From positions 5,830,001 to 5,894,000 of the forward strand of contig NC_087245.1 of NCBI RefSeq assembly GCF_037042905.1: DNA of 64,000 nt. The letters are read 5' to 3'. The stretch comes from Lytechinus pictus (taxonomy: Eukaryota). A program made the position numbers and the translations under genes. Within the stretch, counting starts at the first letter, position 1. Every line of letters begins with the position of its first letter. Shown here in pieces: positions 27,229 to 39,218 of the stretch. The notes under the pieces were generated by a model, which was not told where the DNA came from, ran no database searches, and was given only the letters and a program-made list of their open reading frames with translations.

Positions 27229-29944
27229 CTTAATTCCTCGTGATGGAGACACTATACCTGTGGGGTGGATCAGACGATGCAAAACCTATTAGTTCAGTTC
27301 AGTTTTATCCAATAATTACTAGTTACATTACATCTCAGCCAATCAAAATCATGGAACAGAAAGTGGTCAAGTCTGACTACTTGTCAGACAGGAATGATGA
27401 TGAAACGCTCTACTACTGGAATCTTTCAAACGCCTAAAATCCAGATCTTTCACTTGACATGTCTATCGTGGTGACCATATAGTAGAAGGATGCCCCTTTA
27501 TCTCTTTCTGTCCATCCTATATAAGCTCCCTGCATCTTTACTTTCTTCTTTCATTTGCAATACCTTTATCAGGGCATTAAATCTGAAAATCGGCTGCCAG
27601 TCGGTCTCGATAAAAGCTTTAAAGGGAATATCCATGCAATGGTTTTAAAATTCAATATGATCACGAATTAGTAATAATAAAAAATGATAATTTCTTCTGA
27701 AAATTTACTTTTCATCCTGTGTGACTAATGACATAACTATGCCATGAATAATAATCTAGTTCTACAACTAAGTTTTTTTAATGTACATGATTCTTATATT
27801 TTTTTCGATTGTAATAGCCACCATCATTTTCATAGTATTATTTTTTTTGCTCAAAAAATTTATTACAAAGTTGTTCAGTAATTTAAATGTGATTGATTTG
27901 GGGCGTGTATTTTCCTCGTTTTCTATAATTTCTATTTGAATAGTGTACCTATCCAAATATCAGGCTTTACAAAATGTTTTCCTCATTGTGCCATCACATT
28001 TAATGCGTGTTAGACGGTACAGAAATGCAAGCCAAGTTTACTTTTTTCATATTTAAACACACAAAAAAAAATCGTATGCTGGAAACGTGCATTGCATTTT
28101 GTACCCTCTAACACGCAAGGCACATATAAGCAAAAATTTTGAAAGGCACGAGTCCGTGTTTCTCCTAAACTACAAATGGAGACGTTTTCTCATAATTATG
28201 TTACCCCTTTGAAAATGACATCTTACAGAGATCGTTCAAGGAAAAGAGAGAAGAAAGAAACAAAGCTAGTGGAAAGGTTGAAAGGTAAATGTGATTCTGC
28301 TAAAAAGGCCAAGGCAATTCTGACCGTGCCAGAACCCGCCTTGTCTATTGTCAAAATATCCCCTTCCCAATAGACTCAAATACAAATGGAGAGTTACCGG
28401 TAATTAATCCTTATAAAAAGGCATCAGGTATTTTTAAATGACATCTATTTTTTTTTACTTTCGATCTTTCCTGCAAAATAATTGATAAGCACAAAACGGA
28501 AGAGAAGAAAGTGACGTAAGCTTTTTCATTCACCATGATCTTCCTGACATTTTGATTTCAGTAGTGCAAAAAGACTGTACGGGAATGTGCGACTGTTTTT
28601 CTTTTATTCACTGTCGGTAAATAACCTTTTGCTACTGTTTGCGAGAAAGGTATATGAACGGTAGGCATTGCTTAAAGGGCGGCATCGGAAAGAAATATAA
28701 TATTGGCAACGGTCCTTTCTGATATTTGCTGGTGCAGCCTGTCTAATCATCAATGGAAGTGCAAACCATATGAGCACTATCATGAATAACCCGCTCGTCT
28801 TACATTTTTTTTTTAATTTACTTTCCCGTCTAAGGCCCTACAACAAAACCTTGATATAATTTTTCATAACGTTTTTTTTTACGTTTTGAAACGTTTAGTG
28901 TTTTCTAAGTCTATTTTATGCATCATCTTTCCAGTCCACAGGGCCTGCATAAATCATTTAGACGTTATCGTAACGTTTCATCAACGTTCAGAAAAAACGT
29001 TTTGTATTATTTCGGTATCTATGCAATATCTGACACATTGTCCTTGATTGAAGACATTTCCTAAAATTTTGCGTTGAATAGACGTAGCTTTTTCCACTCT
29101 GGAACAAAACTATTGCCCGAACCTTTAGAGAAGTACGAGAAAAATCAGGATAAATATTTTGTGTAAAACACATAATTTTAATTTGATATTATAAATTCAA
29201 TCTATTTAAATTTACTATCAGAAACAACAACAAACATGTATGTCAGCAGGGGCACTTGCTAAGTTTTCTAGTTTTAAAATGACTGGATTTTATTTTTTTA
29301 ATGACATGAAACAATTATTTTTTTTGATAGACTTTCTATTAAGTACCCAGCTGATAACTTATTTCTTCAGTTGTTATGTGTCTTTAGGGTATAGCAAAAG
29401 ATGTGTTATATTGCTTGACATGTAAGAGGGGGGTTCACCGTTAATTACTCTAAGACGTCCAAGTACCTCTTTCTGAGCTATAGTGACTCTTCTTTTCCAT
29501 GTAATTTAGACTTGGGAGCTAACTTTCACCCATTTAAATTCATACCTGATAAATACACTGACTCATTAGATAATTGAACGAGATTTTGTTCTACCTTTAA
29601 TACCAAATGAATATGGAATGCATGGGTAGTGTCACAATAGTCTGCAGGCTCAGACCCTGATTGAAAGTTTGATCAGCAAGTGTGTCTCCACGCAAAGACA
29701 AGTGTCACAGGGTGTCGGGACGACCAACCCTGAAAAAATAAAGAAGGAGTAGAAGAGGAGGGGAGAAGGGGGGGGGGGTAAAAAAAGAAGAAGAGTGTAA
29801 AAAGAGAACTCTACAATACACTTGTCAAAAAAAAACTCGGGGTCTCTGGTCGTGTTGGTAGTAATTGTTTTAATGCCGAAAAGACTGTAAATAGGGCATG
29901 AGAATGGAAAAATAGCGACTTGTGTAGAAAACAACAGTATTGTT

Positions 29945-30930
29945 TATCTCAATTTACACCAACGCTACGTCCATGCAGTTCTCGCTACGTCAAAGAAAAA
30001 TGACTATTTCAATTTCATTTTCAATCATTATTTCCAATTTCAAACAATTGAGGCTTGTATGTTTTATACACACATCAATGGTGATCAGGTACATTAATTA
30101 CCGAGCCATGACGCAGTGGGAACTGCGGAAGCGTACTGAGAGCGTACCGAGAAACGTTAGTCACGTGGCATAGTCTTCTTGATCTTTGGAGACCCATTTT
30201 CCGCAACGTGGACTTTGAACACGTCCAACGCAAAGTCCACATAGCAGCAGCACTGTCTGAATAGTGCGTAGTAATGACGCAGCAAGGAACGTCTTAGGAC
30301 CTACTAACAACTCCAACGACGTAGCATAGATGTGGTGGAACGGAAAGAATTAGGAACAACTCTGTCCATATCTACTGCGGGGCCGCTACACATAATCAGT
30401 TATCGCTACGTCCTCTACACCAGATGAAGTTCTGGCTACGTTGTTGAAATTCAGAAGAAACCATAGGACGCGGTGTCAACTTCATTTGATTTTCTAAAAA
30501 CGCAGAAGCGTTCCATGCTACGTCAAAACGGTTCGCACTACGTTCTGACTACATTGCGCGACTTTCTGTACATTCGTCTATTTGGACGTAGCGCCAATTA
30601 ATTAACTGGGCGCGTAGGGGCAGTACAGTAGACATGTGCAGAGCTGTTACGTTCTTTCGGTGTCCGCTACGTTGCTAGCTGTTTGTAGGTCTTTAATTAC
30701 GGCGTCATTACTACGCTCTGTTCAGACGGCGCTCCCGCTACGTGGACTTTGGACATGTTCAAAGTCCACGTGGCGGAAACTTGGTCTCTGGAGATGACGC
30801 AGACTATGCCACATCAATAACAGTTCGGCTACGCTCTCAGTACGCCTTAGCAGTTCAGACTACGTCATGGCATTTTTTTTTCTTGACGCAGCGAGAACTA
30901 CATGGAAGTAGCGTTGGTGTAATGGGGATA
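29945..30930. mobile_element. CpG-rich non-autonomous TIR element with ~250-bp inverted arms (Harbinger-like)
   Basis: TTACACCAACGCTACGTCCATGCAGTTCTCGCTACGTCAA versus TTGACGCAGCGAGAACTACATGGAAGTAGCGTTGGTGTAA; arms continue at 30105-30280 and 30702-30872. Confidence 0.85.
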
Positions 30931-31498
30931 TCTGTTATATCAGATAGCCTTGAATGATGAGGTTCCAAATTGGGCAAGGTAATCATGGGACAACCTTATT
31001 TTTGGATGATTTAAGTAAAAGGAACAAATTAATAAATATAAAGAGAACAGAAAGTGACAGAAACTGAATAAATGAGTATTGAAAGGAATGTCTATTAAGT
31101 TTTATTTTTGTCTTTTTCCTCCGAGAGGAAAACTTATTGTTTATTTGTTCCACTCAGCTTCAACCGTATCGATACAGTTTACCATGGCGCAATTCTTAAC
31201 CATGTCACTATTAATGTGCAAACACAGTTGTGTTCTGAAAAGTATTACGGCATATATAATCTCATTATGATAGACGCCCCCCCCCCCCGAAAAAGCCTTA
31301 GCTTATAACCGGCTGACAAAGGGGGGGGGGGATAGTTAAAATGTAGGAGTGGCTTGTCAGAGACGCATTTCCTTCTATAGCCGATGGTGGCGTCAAGCCT
31401 AATCGTGGTCATTGTGGTTCATGTTTTGAGGTGTCTTTCCGCCAACATGTCCAAGAACCACCCTTCGTAAACCACTCATCATGATTCTTCCCACAAAA

Positions 31499-33732
31499 CA
31501 TGAGCGGAAATCCCAGGGGGGACAGGGGGGACGTGTCCCACCTACACAATATCAAATGTACCCCCTACTATTTTTGGTCTTTTATGATGGTAAGAAATAC
31601 ATCATTCTAAATCGAAATAAAACATGTATTTTGGGACTAGTTGGGACGAGATGACCGTACTTTTGGGATGATAACCTTTTTTTTCTTGTCACATTTCCCC
31701 GCCCCTTTCCCCATAGGCAGATCCAGGGGGCCGAGGCCCCCCCCTCCCCTATTGGCAGAGCAAAAAAAGGGAAAGAAAGAAGGAAAAAGGAAAAAAGGAG
31801 GGAAAAGAGAGGAGAAAAAGAAGAGAAGGACGACGAGTGCATAAAATAAGATGAGGGGAAGACTTGGAAAATAAAAAGAATCTTTCGCGCCACTATATAA
31901 AATTTTCGCTCGCGCTTCGCGCTCCCATTGCCTGTTAGGTGATTTACATATCTTGTTCAATTTGGAGCTCAAATATCAAGTTTGGAAGTCAATATGCAAA
32001 ACATATTTCACCTCGGAAATCGAACTTTCATTATTTTGTGTGATTTACAAATTGATTTTTAAAAGTGCTATGTAAAAATGTCAGTTTTATGGTCTGAATA
32101 ATTTTATCAACATTTGCTGCTTGCGCTGCGTGCTCGCAAATTTTGATACATCAGGTACCTATTATTTTCGTGTATTCCATAAAGTTTTTAAAATATCCCT
32201 TTTCATGTCTGATTTTCAAGACATATCAGCTAGCGCTGCACGCTGGCATTTTGATTGGCGAGTTATGTATGTTTCAATATTGATTATACAACAAACTACT
32301 TAAAATCCCCTTTTCATGATATTTTATCAAAAATGTTAGCTCGCGATTTGCGCTGGCATTAATGGTTAAAAATACATATTAACTGATGCATCCTATTCAT
32401 AATTACAAAAGTGAAATGTCCAGTTTTTATGCCATAATATCATCAGATTTCGCGCCCTCATTAGGCATCAATAAATATGATATTAATTTAATAATTAAAT
32501 TGTCACTTTTGTTTCATCTCGCGCTTAGCAAGAGGAATAGGAAGATAGTCATCATTTTCATGACATGTCGTAAGGATATCCCGGTCCTTGTCAAAACTCA
32601 AAGTAATAATAATGAAAATTTTAGCTCTTTTTTTTAAGTGCGATCCATATCCACCTTACAATTTTCCTACACAGTGCTTGAAATATCAAGCTGTAATTGA
32701 CTCTTTTTTCAGATCGGAATATCAAAGTTTCATGATTTTCATGATTAAAGATGTATTTAGAATGCCTAGATTCTAGGTCTAAATATGAAACACGCGCGCG
32801 CATGTATATTCAAATAATCAACTTGTTCTCTATCTAAATCATTATCCAGTTTCAGATCACAATATCAAAATTTTTCTGCTCGCGCTTTGTGCTCGCATTA
32901 TTAATGTAAGAAGACCCCCTATTACTCATCCTTTTCATGATTTACAAAACATTGATTTTTATTGATTTATTTTATTTAAACACGGTCAAAAGCCCTCGAT
33001 CAGCCTATGGCTGTTTACAAAACATGAACAGAGTGGCCCATTTTTAGGTCTAAATCTCGATTTTTTTTCTGCTCGCGCTTCGCGCTCGCATCAATTTTTG
33101 AATTTTATAGCTATCCTGTTCACGATTACAAAAAAATTGCCATTCTTTCTTTAGAAATTTTCAGCTCGCGCTTCGCGCTCGCATTTTTTGATTGTTGAAA
33201 TATGTAACGCCTTCATGGCTAAGTGCAAGCAGTCCTTAACAGGTACCTTTTCAACAGGTACCAGTTCAAAACTTATATAAAAAATTTCTGCTCGCGCTTC
33301 GCGCTCGCATTATTTGATTGTTAAATGCTATCTGCACGCAGTCTTTAACAGGTATCTTTTCCATCAGTTCATTTCTGCTCGCGCTTTGCGTTCGTAGTAA
33401 TTATTAAGTTGCATACTTTTTTTACAGGATAACAAACATTGCCCAGAATGTTCAAATTTTAGGAAAAAATACATAAAATTTCCAAAAAATTAGCTCGCGC
33501 TTCGCGCTCGCATCATATAAATAAAGATTATGATATTATATATGAATTTATAAGAATAAAGCTAAGAAGTGACTTTTGAGGACTACCCCTTTAAAGAAAC
33601 AAACACAAATCATCTTCGAGCTGCCGATTGGGGAAAATATGGCTGAAACAAATTTCCGCCCCCCCCCCTATTGGCGAAGGCTGGATCCGCCCCTGTGTCC
33701 CCCCTACCTTTTGGGAGAGATTTCCGCCCCTG
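31499..33732. mobile_element. hAT-like MITE (host) with perfect 8-bp TSD
   Basis: CCACAAAA|CATGAGCGGAAATC...GATTTCCGCCCCTG|CCACAAAA. Confidence 0.85.
31712..33695 (+). mobile_element. Nested TIR element rich in GCTCGCGCTTCGCGCTCGC motifs, copy 1
   Basis: Termini CATAGGCAGATCCAG / CTGGATCCGCCCCTG; colinear with the copy at 56313-57794. Confidence 0.85.
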
Positions 33733-33829
33733 CCACAAAATAATGTGTAGGCCTATTATTAGTTAGTCATGAGATAACATGATATTGATTGGCATATCGT
33801 ATAATTGAATTGAGCAAGATACTATTGAA

Positions 33830-36800
33830 TGTGATTGTACAAGCAAACATTAAATAAAATTCAACACTTAGGCCGTCACTACCAGGTGACTTATGAATAT
33901 TCATAGACCTCAGTGCGAGCCAGCATTCATTTTCTGTAAGCTTTCCCTCGCATATATTTGCTTCTTCATCATTCAAAACATTGAATTTTAAGTTAGATAT
34001 AGTCGTTAAAATTAGCCCTTACATATCTTTTTGATACAGTTTAGTATAGAATTCATGTACATTCTACAATTTTTTATCTTCCTTAATAATCTTCCCATTA
34101 ATATCAATAGTTTATTTCTTTCTTTTGCCTTTTGCTTTTTCAAGCTGAAAAAGAAAATTAGACGATTTCTCTCCAAACTCAAGCCACCTTGCTCTTGATC
34201 GGACATACGCACCTTTGCATTGATATTCATACCATTTATCAATCTCATGTTTTAAACTACTAATTTCATCTACATCTTCGCTACTTTGATCCTTATCTGA
34301 TTTCTGACAAAGCTGATTATATCTTTTTCAATGTATATGATTTATTCCCTTTTCTTCTTTGACACATCAGAAGCAGCTGAACTCCTTTGTTTTTATTTTA
34401 CACATCTCCCGCTGCAGCTGATCATCAATATTGTTATATTCAAATTGGATCTAAAAAAAACCCATTTTTTATGCCTTGTTTAAAAATTTCATCGTTAATC
34501 AAGGAATTGCTCAATTTCCCAAAACCCTTTCCCATCTTTTTTGTTGTCACCTGAAGTTTCATCGTTACGGCATTGTGATCGCACTTTAACACTGGTTTAA
34601 TATCAAGAGAGTGTACATACGGAACAAATGCTATGAAAACTAACCAATAATCAAGCCGTGAATATGTATTGAGTGATATTTGCCTCCAAGTAAATTGTCT
34701 CCTCTCTGGGAAGCTTTTTCTCCATATTTCAATTTCAAAATTTAACAAACCATTTTTTAGGTAATATGTATATGACATTCCGCTTGTATCTAACGTTTTA
34801 TCTTGCACACAATTCCAGTCTCCTCCTGCGATCATAGCATCAATCTGTTTCTTTAATCTATTCACCCAATAGTATAGTGACGCATAAACTGACTCCTTCC
34901 GTGTATTTTTCGCAGGGGCTTATACATTCGGCAAAAATAAGCAAGATCATGACTCACGAATCTTAGTGCAATGGACCTATCATTACCTTTGGAATATCAT
35001 ATTAATCATATTAATGTCAAGATCGTTTCTGATTAAAATAGCTACACCTTTTGAGTGTTTCTTTCCATGGTCATATATTCCTAAACCTTTCTATTCGTTT
35101 GAAATAAAATTTTCCAGATCTATTGACAAAAAAAGTTTCTTGTAATGGTCACAATTTTGACGTTTCAATCATAAAAATTATTTTTATCTTTTAAGTGTGT
35201 CACATATTCCTCGTACGTTTAACGTTACAAAGTGTGATTTGCAATCACTTAATAATCATTTGCAAATTTTGTAATTGACTTTAATTTGTTATAATAAAAA
35301 CATCACCTTTGGAATATCATATTAATAATATTAATGTCAAGATCGTTTCTGATTAAAATAGCTACACCTTCTGAGTGTTTCTTTCCATGGTCATATATTC
35401 CTAAACCTTTCTATTCGTTTGAAATAAAATTTTCCAGATCTATTGACAAAAAAAGTTTCTTGTAATGGTCACAATTTTGACGTTTCAATCATAAAAATTA
35501 TTTTTATCTTTTAAGTGTGTCACATATTCCTCGTACGTTTAACGTTACAAAGTGTGATTTGCAATCACTTAATAATCATTTGCAAATTTTGTAATTGACT
35601 TTAATTTGTTATAATAAAAACATCACCTTTGGAATATCATATTAATAATATTAATGTCAAGATCGATTCTGATTAAAATAGCTACACCTTCTGAGTGTTT
35701 CTTTCCATGGTCATATATTCCTAAACCTTTCTATTCGTTTGAAATAAAATTTTCCAGATCTATTGACAAAAAGGTTTCTTGTAATGGTCACAATTTTGAC
35801 GTTTCAATCATAAAAATGATTTTTTTTCTTTTAAGTGTGTCACATATTCCTCGTACGTTTAACGTTACAAAGTGTGATTTGCAATCACTTAATAATCATT
35901 TGCAAATTTTGTAATTGACTTTAATTTGTTATAATAAAAACATCACCTTTGGAATATCATATTAATAATATTAATGTCAAGATCGTTTCTGATTAAAATA
36001 GCTACACCTTTTGAGTGTTTCTTTCCATGGTCATATATTCCTAAACCTTTCTATTCGTTTGAAATAAAATTTTCCAGATCTATTGACAAAATAAGTTTCT
36101 TGTAATGGTCACAGTTTTGACGTTTCAATCATAAAAATTATTTTTTTCTTTTAAGTGTGTCACATATTCCTCGTACGTTTAACGTTACAAAGTGTGATTT
36201 GCAATCACTTAATAATCAGTTGCAAATTTTGTAATTGAGTTTAATTTGTTATAATAAAAACAGAATAAAAAAAACGTGAATAGGCTCCGTCATAAAGTTG
36301 TATAGTTATCAAAATCCAAATGCTTCAAATCTATCTTTCTCAAATCTGAACTCACTTCTTCTTGCTCTTTACTTTTTTCATTTTCCTTTTCTTGGTCTTT
36401 GATTCTTTGGGTTTTCCGGCAGTAGACGCTATATGTTTCGTCATCATGTATTTCATATGTTTGCTGCCGTGCACGCTGTTCCTCGTCGTTACGATTCGGC
36501 GTTGTTCCACTCGCCTTCGCTTGTGATCACGTGCAAGCAATACGTTGGTTGCTCCAGGCGAATTGCCCGACGCGGTTCCAGCACTGTATAAAGCTGATCG
36601 CGTCCTCAACGGCGATCGGAGATCGATGGCTTCGGATGTATCTCTGCTCTCTGACGGTTGCTGAACGAGCTTTTTGATGAAGTCCGCGAGACGAGCTTGT
36701 CGCGTCATGTTGCTTGGATTCGCTGTATCGACGGCCTGCGTTGAATCGCTATCTTTGAGGTTTCCAGGTGCTGTAGGTTGTCGTAGCGGTGAAGCTATAG

Positions 36801-37090
36801 TGCGCGGTTGTTTTGTGGGCAGTCATTCTTCATATGCTCGGCGTTATTACAAAGTTGACATTTTTCATCATTGTGGCATGAGGATACATGGTGTCCCGAT
36901 TCAAGGCATCTATATGGAGCATGTAACTGGGCCAGCTACACCGGAGTTTTCGGGTTGCTCGAGATGTTATCGTTTTCGTCTTATTATCAATACATGCCAT
37001 TTTAGCCGCTCAGCTTGTTGCCATAATGTCAACAAGCTTGAATGATAAAGGGCTTAAATAAATAAGACACATTCCATCGGAGCTCTCTGA
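33830..37090 (-). mobile_element. Degraded Tx1/L1-clade non-LTR retrotransposon (ORF1 zinc knuckles, APE endonuclease, start of RT region; 3' part absent)
   Basis: ORF1 remnant encodes (C)..RCLESGHHVSSC and CQLCNNAEHMKNDC (36819-36921). Endonuclease motifs TLNVRG, HSKGVAILI, GGDWN, QFTW, SRLDYWLV, CDHNAV. KSPGSDGLSVEFY near 33870. Many stops and frameshifts. Confidence 0.85.
34981..36261. repeat. Four tandem copies of a 320-bp unit covering the LINE ORF2 start
   Basis: CATYACCTTTGGAATATC recurs at 34981, 35301, 35621 and 35941; copies are near-identical. Confidence 0.95.
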
Positions 37091-37154
37091 ATGTCAGCAA
37101 CGCTTATGTCCTACCAGTGTTCACATTTCCAGGCTATATAGTTCACTATACAGT

Positions 37155-38378
37155 TTAGTAAGAATTCGTCCAGCTGAGTTCTCGATTAAGAACCTTTGCT
37201 AGTTTTCTATTAAAAGGTCTGAAATGATCCCTTAGCTTTTTCAGCAAGTCCTCACTGACTTCGTCATGCGGCCGTCCTTTGTTGCTTGTCATGCACATCT
37301 CAAAAGGATCTCGAAGGCAGATGAATCCTTTCGTCTCGTTGAAGTAAAATTTGTTATCATCAAAGTAGCGATCTATTCCAATAAATTCCTCGACCCGTTG
37401 GAGACCTGGTAGGGGATCCTGTGTAAACTCTTCCCCGTCCAAGACAAGGATTTGCTCTCTAGGATAGACACTGTACCACTGTTTTAAGTATTTGGAATAT
37501 CGACTTGAATCTAAGAGGCGGTTGGCCGTTTTGAGAGTTCCATTTGGAAAAAGTACGGAGTCACGAAATGTAGATTTGATTTCATATCTTGGCGCAGAAG
37601 AATGTTTATCGATGGTTATAGTTTCTGGATGCGAAGCATTAAGCGCTAGCATATGCATGTAGTTTGAGACTGCACGTTTTATTGGTTCACGGAGAATAAT
37701 AATGAACTTAGTATCAGGCATGGCCTTTCGAAGTCGTTCTGCAATCGGTATCCTGATAAAATATCCAGCAGTTTTCTCCATAGCAATCTGATCGGGGGTA
37801 GAAAACGGCATGACATCCGCGTACTGGTCAAATTCTTCTAACCTATGATGATTTGCAAATTTTAATTCTTTATCTGGAAATGTAATAGCTGGGTGGATTT
37901 CCAAATATGCTTTAAGAGCCGTTGTACCACTTTTCATGGAGCCAGGAATGATTACATCGGGTCTGCGTTTCTTGCATCCTCTCGCCTTCCGAATATCTTT
38001 GCTTAAAAGTTTCCTTTCTGGTGGATAGACATTTGAGCCTATCTTACAGTAGCATCCATGATCAATTTGGCCAACCTCACAGACAGGCTCTTTTCCGGGC
38101 TGTAGGTACATGAGGCTGCCCGCTACAGGTGCTTTAATTCTAATGGGGATGCCGGTGGCAGTTCTGTCCAACTTGTGTTCTTCAAGAACTTGGATGGCGG
38201 CATTTCCACGATTGCAAGAGCACTGGGAGTGATTGGTACTTGGTTCAACCGCGTAACGAAATTCACCTGTATAGCCAGTTGATGTGAGGTACACTGCGAA
38301 AAACCCAAGCATCAGGAATGCGGTAATGGCAGCAGCAGTGGCTTCTGATCGTCCTAGTGAAACTCTTGCCATTGTCAT
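37155..38378 (-). CDS. HS3ST: Heparan sulfate glucosamine 3-O-sulfotransferase-like Golgi sulfotransferase (407 aa, single coding exon)
   Basis: Intact ORF with N-terminal TM anchor; 5'-PSB loop PDVIIPGSMKSGTTAL..LEIHP; MEKTAGYF; 3'-PB IIILREPIKRAVSNY; FPREQI-like YPREQILVLDGE; FNETKGFICL..CMTSNKGRPH; FRPFN. Family call is firm; orthology is not. Confidence 0.92.
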   Translation of the reverse strand: MTMARVSLGRSEATAAAITAFLMLGFFAVYLTSTGYTGEFRYAVEPSTNHSQCSCNRGNAAIQVLEEHKLDRTATGIPIRIKAPVAGSLMYLQPGKEPVCEVGQIDHGCYCKIGSNVYPPERKLLSKDIRKARGCKKRRPDVIIPGSMKSGTTALKAYLEIHPAITFPDKELKFANHHRLEEFDQYADVMPFSTPDQIAMEKTAGYFIRIPIAERLRKAMPDTKFIIILREPIKRAVSNYMHMLALNASHPETITIDKHSSAPRYEIKSTFRDSVLFPNGTLKTANRLLDSSRYSKYLKQWYSVYPREQILVLDGEEFTQDPLPGLQRVEEFIGIDRYFDDNKFYFNETKGFICLRDPFEMCMTSNKGRPHDEVSEDLLKKLRDHFRPFNRKLAKVLNRELSWTNSY

Positions 38379-38475
38379 GACGGAATTAGGGTTACCAATG
38401 TAGAAATGAAACGTAATCCGATTTGCATCCTACCTTGATCAGTCTTGTTTTACAAATCCATTCTGAAAGTCTGTG

Positions 38476-38502
38476 CTGTGAAGATATAATAAAAGAGAGA
38501 AT
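38476..38502 (-). other. Splice acceptor upstream of the sulfotransferase ATG
   Basis: Minus strand TTCTCTCTTTTATTATATCTTCACAG|CACAG, ~97 nt before the ATG, implying a separate 5' UTR exon. Confidence 0.55.
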
Positions 38503-39106
38503 TGAGATTTGTATTTTGAGTCAATAAAGATGATTTGCAGAAAGACGAAGTGAAAGTGCTGATTGCTAAGTTTACCAATTGAAAAAAAAATAATGAGTTG
38601 ATTTCAAGGAGAAACACCAACTTTTCTATCAGTGAGGATGTCAATTGCTGAAGTCAGACATTTCATTCACAACGTTAGAAGTGCGCACGTAAATGAGCTA
38701 TTGCAACCACACCCTCAATCTTTGATGTATTTAAAATCATAACCGGGATGGTTTGACATATTTGTATGAAGAAAAAAATGTCAACCCGAACACGATTCAC
38801 TTGAAAGTTAAAGGTGGTATATATTGGCAAGATTGCCCCTCGACTCGAGACATACATTACTTTAAATAAGCAATTGCCCTCAAAACAATGTGACTACTGT
38901 TGCTGCAACTGTGTTCGCAGCGCGGAGGTCAGTCCCTAAACATGCTAAAAGGGGCTTTTATTGCTCGTAAGATCCTTAGCAATCATTTGGTCATATTATG
39001 ATGCACAGAATCGCCAAAGGTTGTAAGCAGTCGCACCAACTGGAAAGGGGCTTTACCGAGAACATTATTGAAAAATACACCCTTTACCTGTTCATGTATA
39101 GTTAAC

Positions 39107-39218
39107 CACTAGCGTACCTAAGGGGGGGGGGGGAGGGGGGCAGGCTGCCCCCCCCCCCCCCGATGAGTCACAACTGAGGCAGGGGACGTGCCCCTGCCCC
39201 CCTTAGGTACGCCTTGTG
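39107..39218. mobile_element. Miniature MITE with the same termini as 25481-25703
   Basis: CACTAGCGTACCTAAGGGG...CCCCTTAGGTACGCCTTGTG. Confidence 0.7.

Noticed and set aside
36674..37045. Plus-strand 123-aa ORF
   Set aside because: It is antisense to the LINE ORF1 remnant and has no recognisable features.
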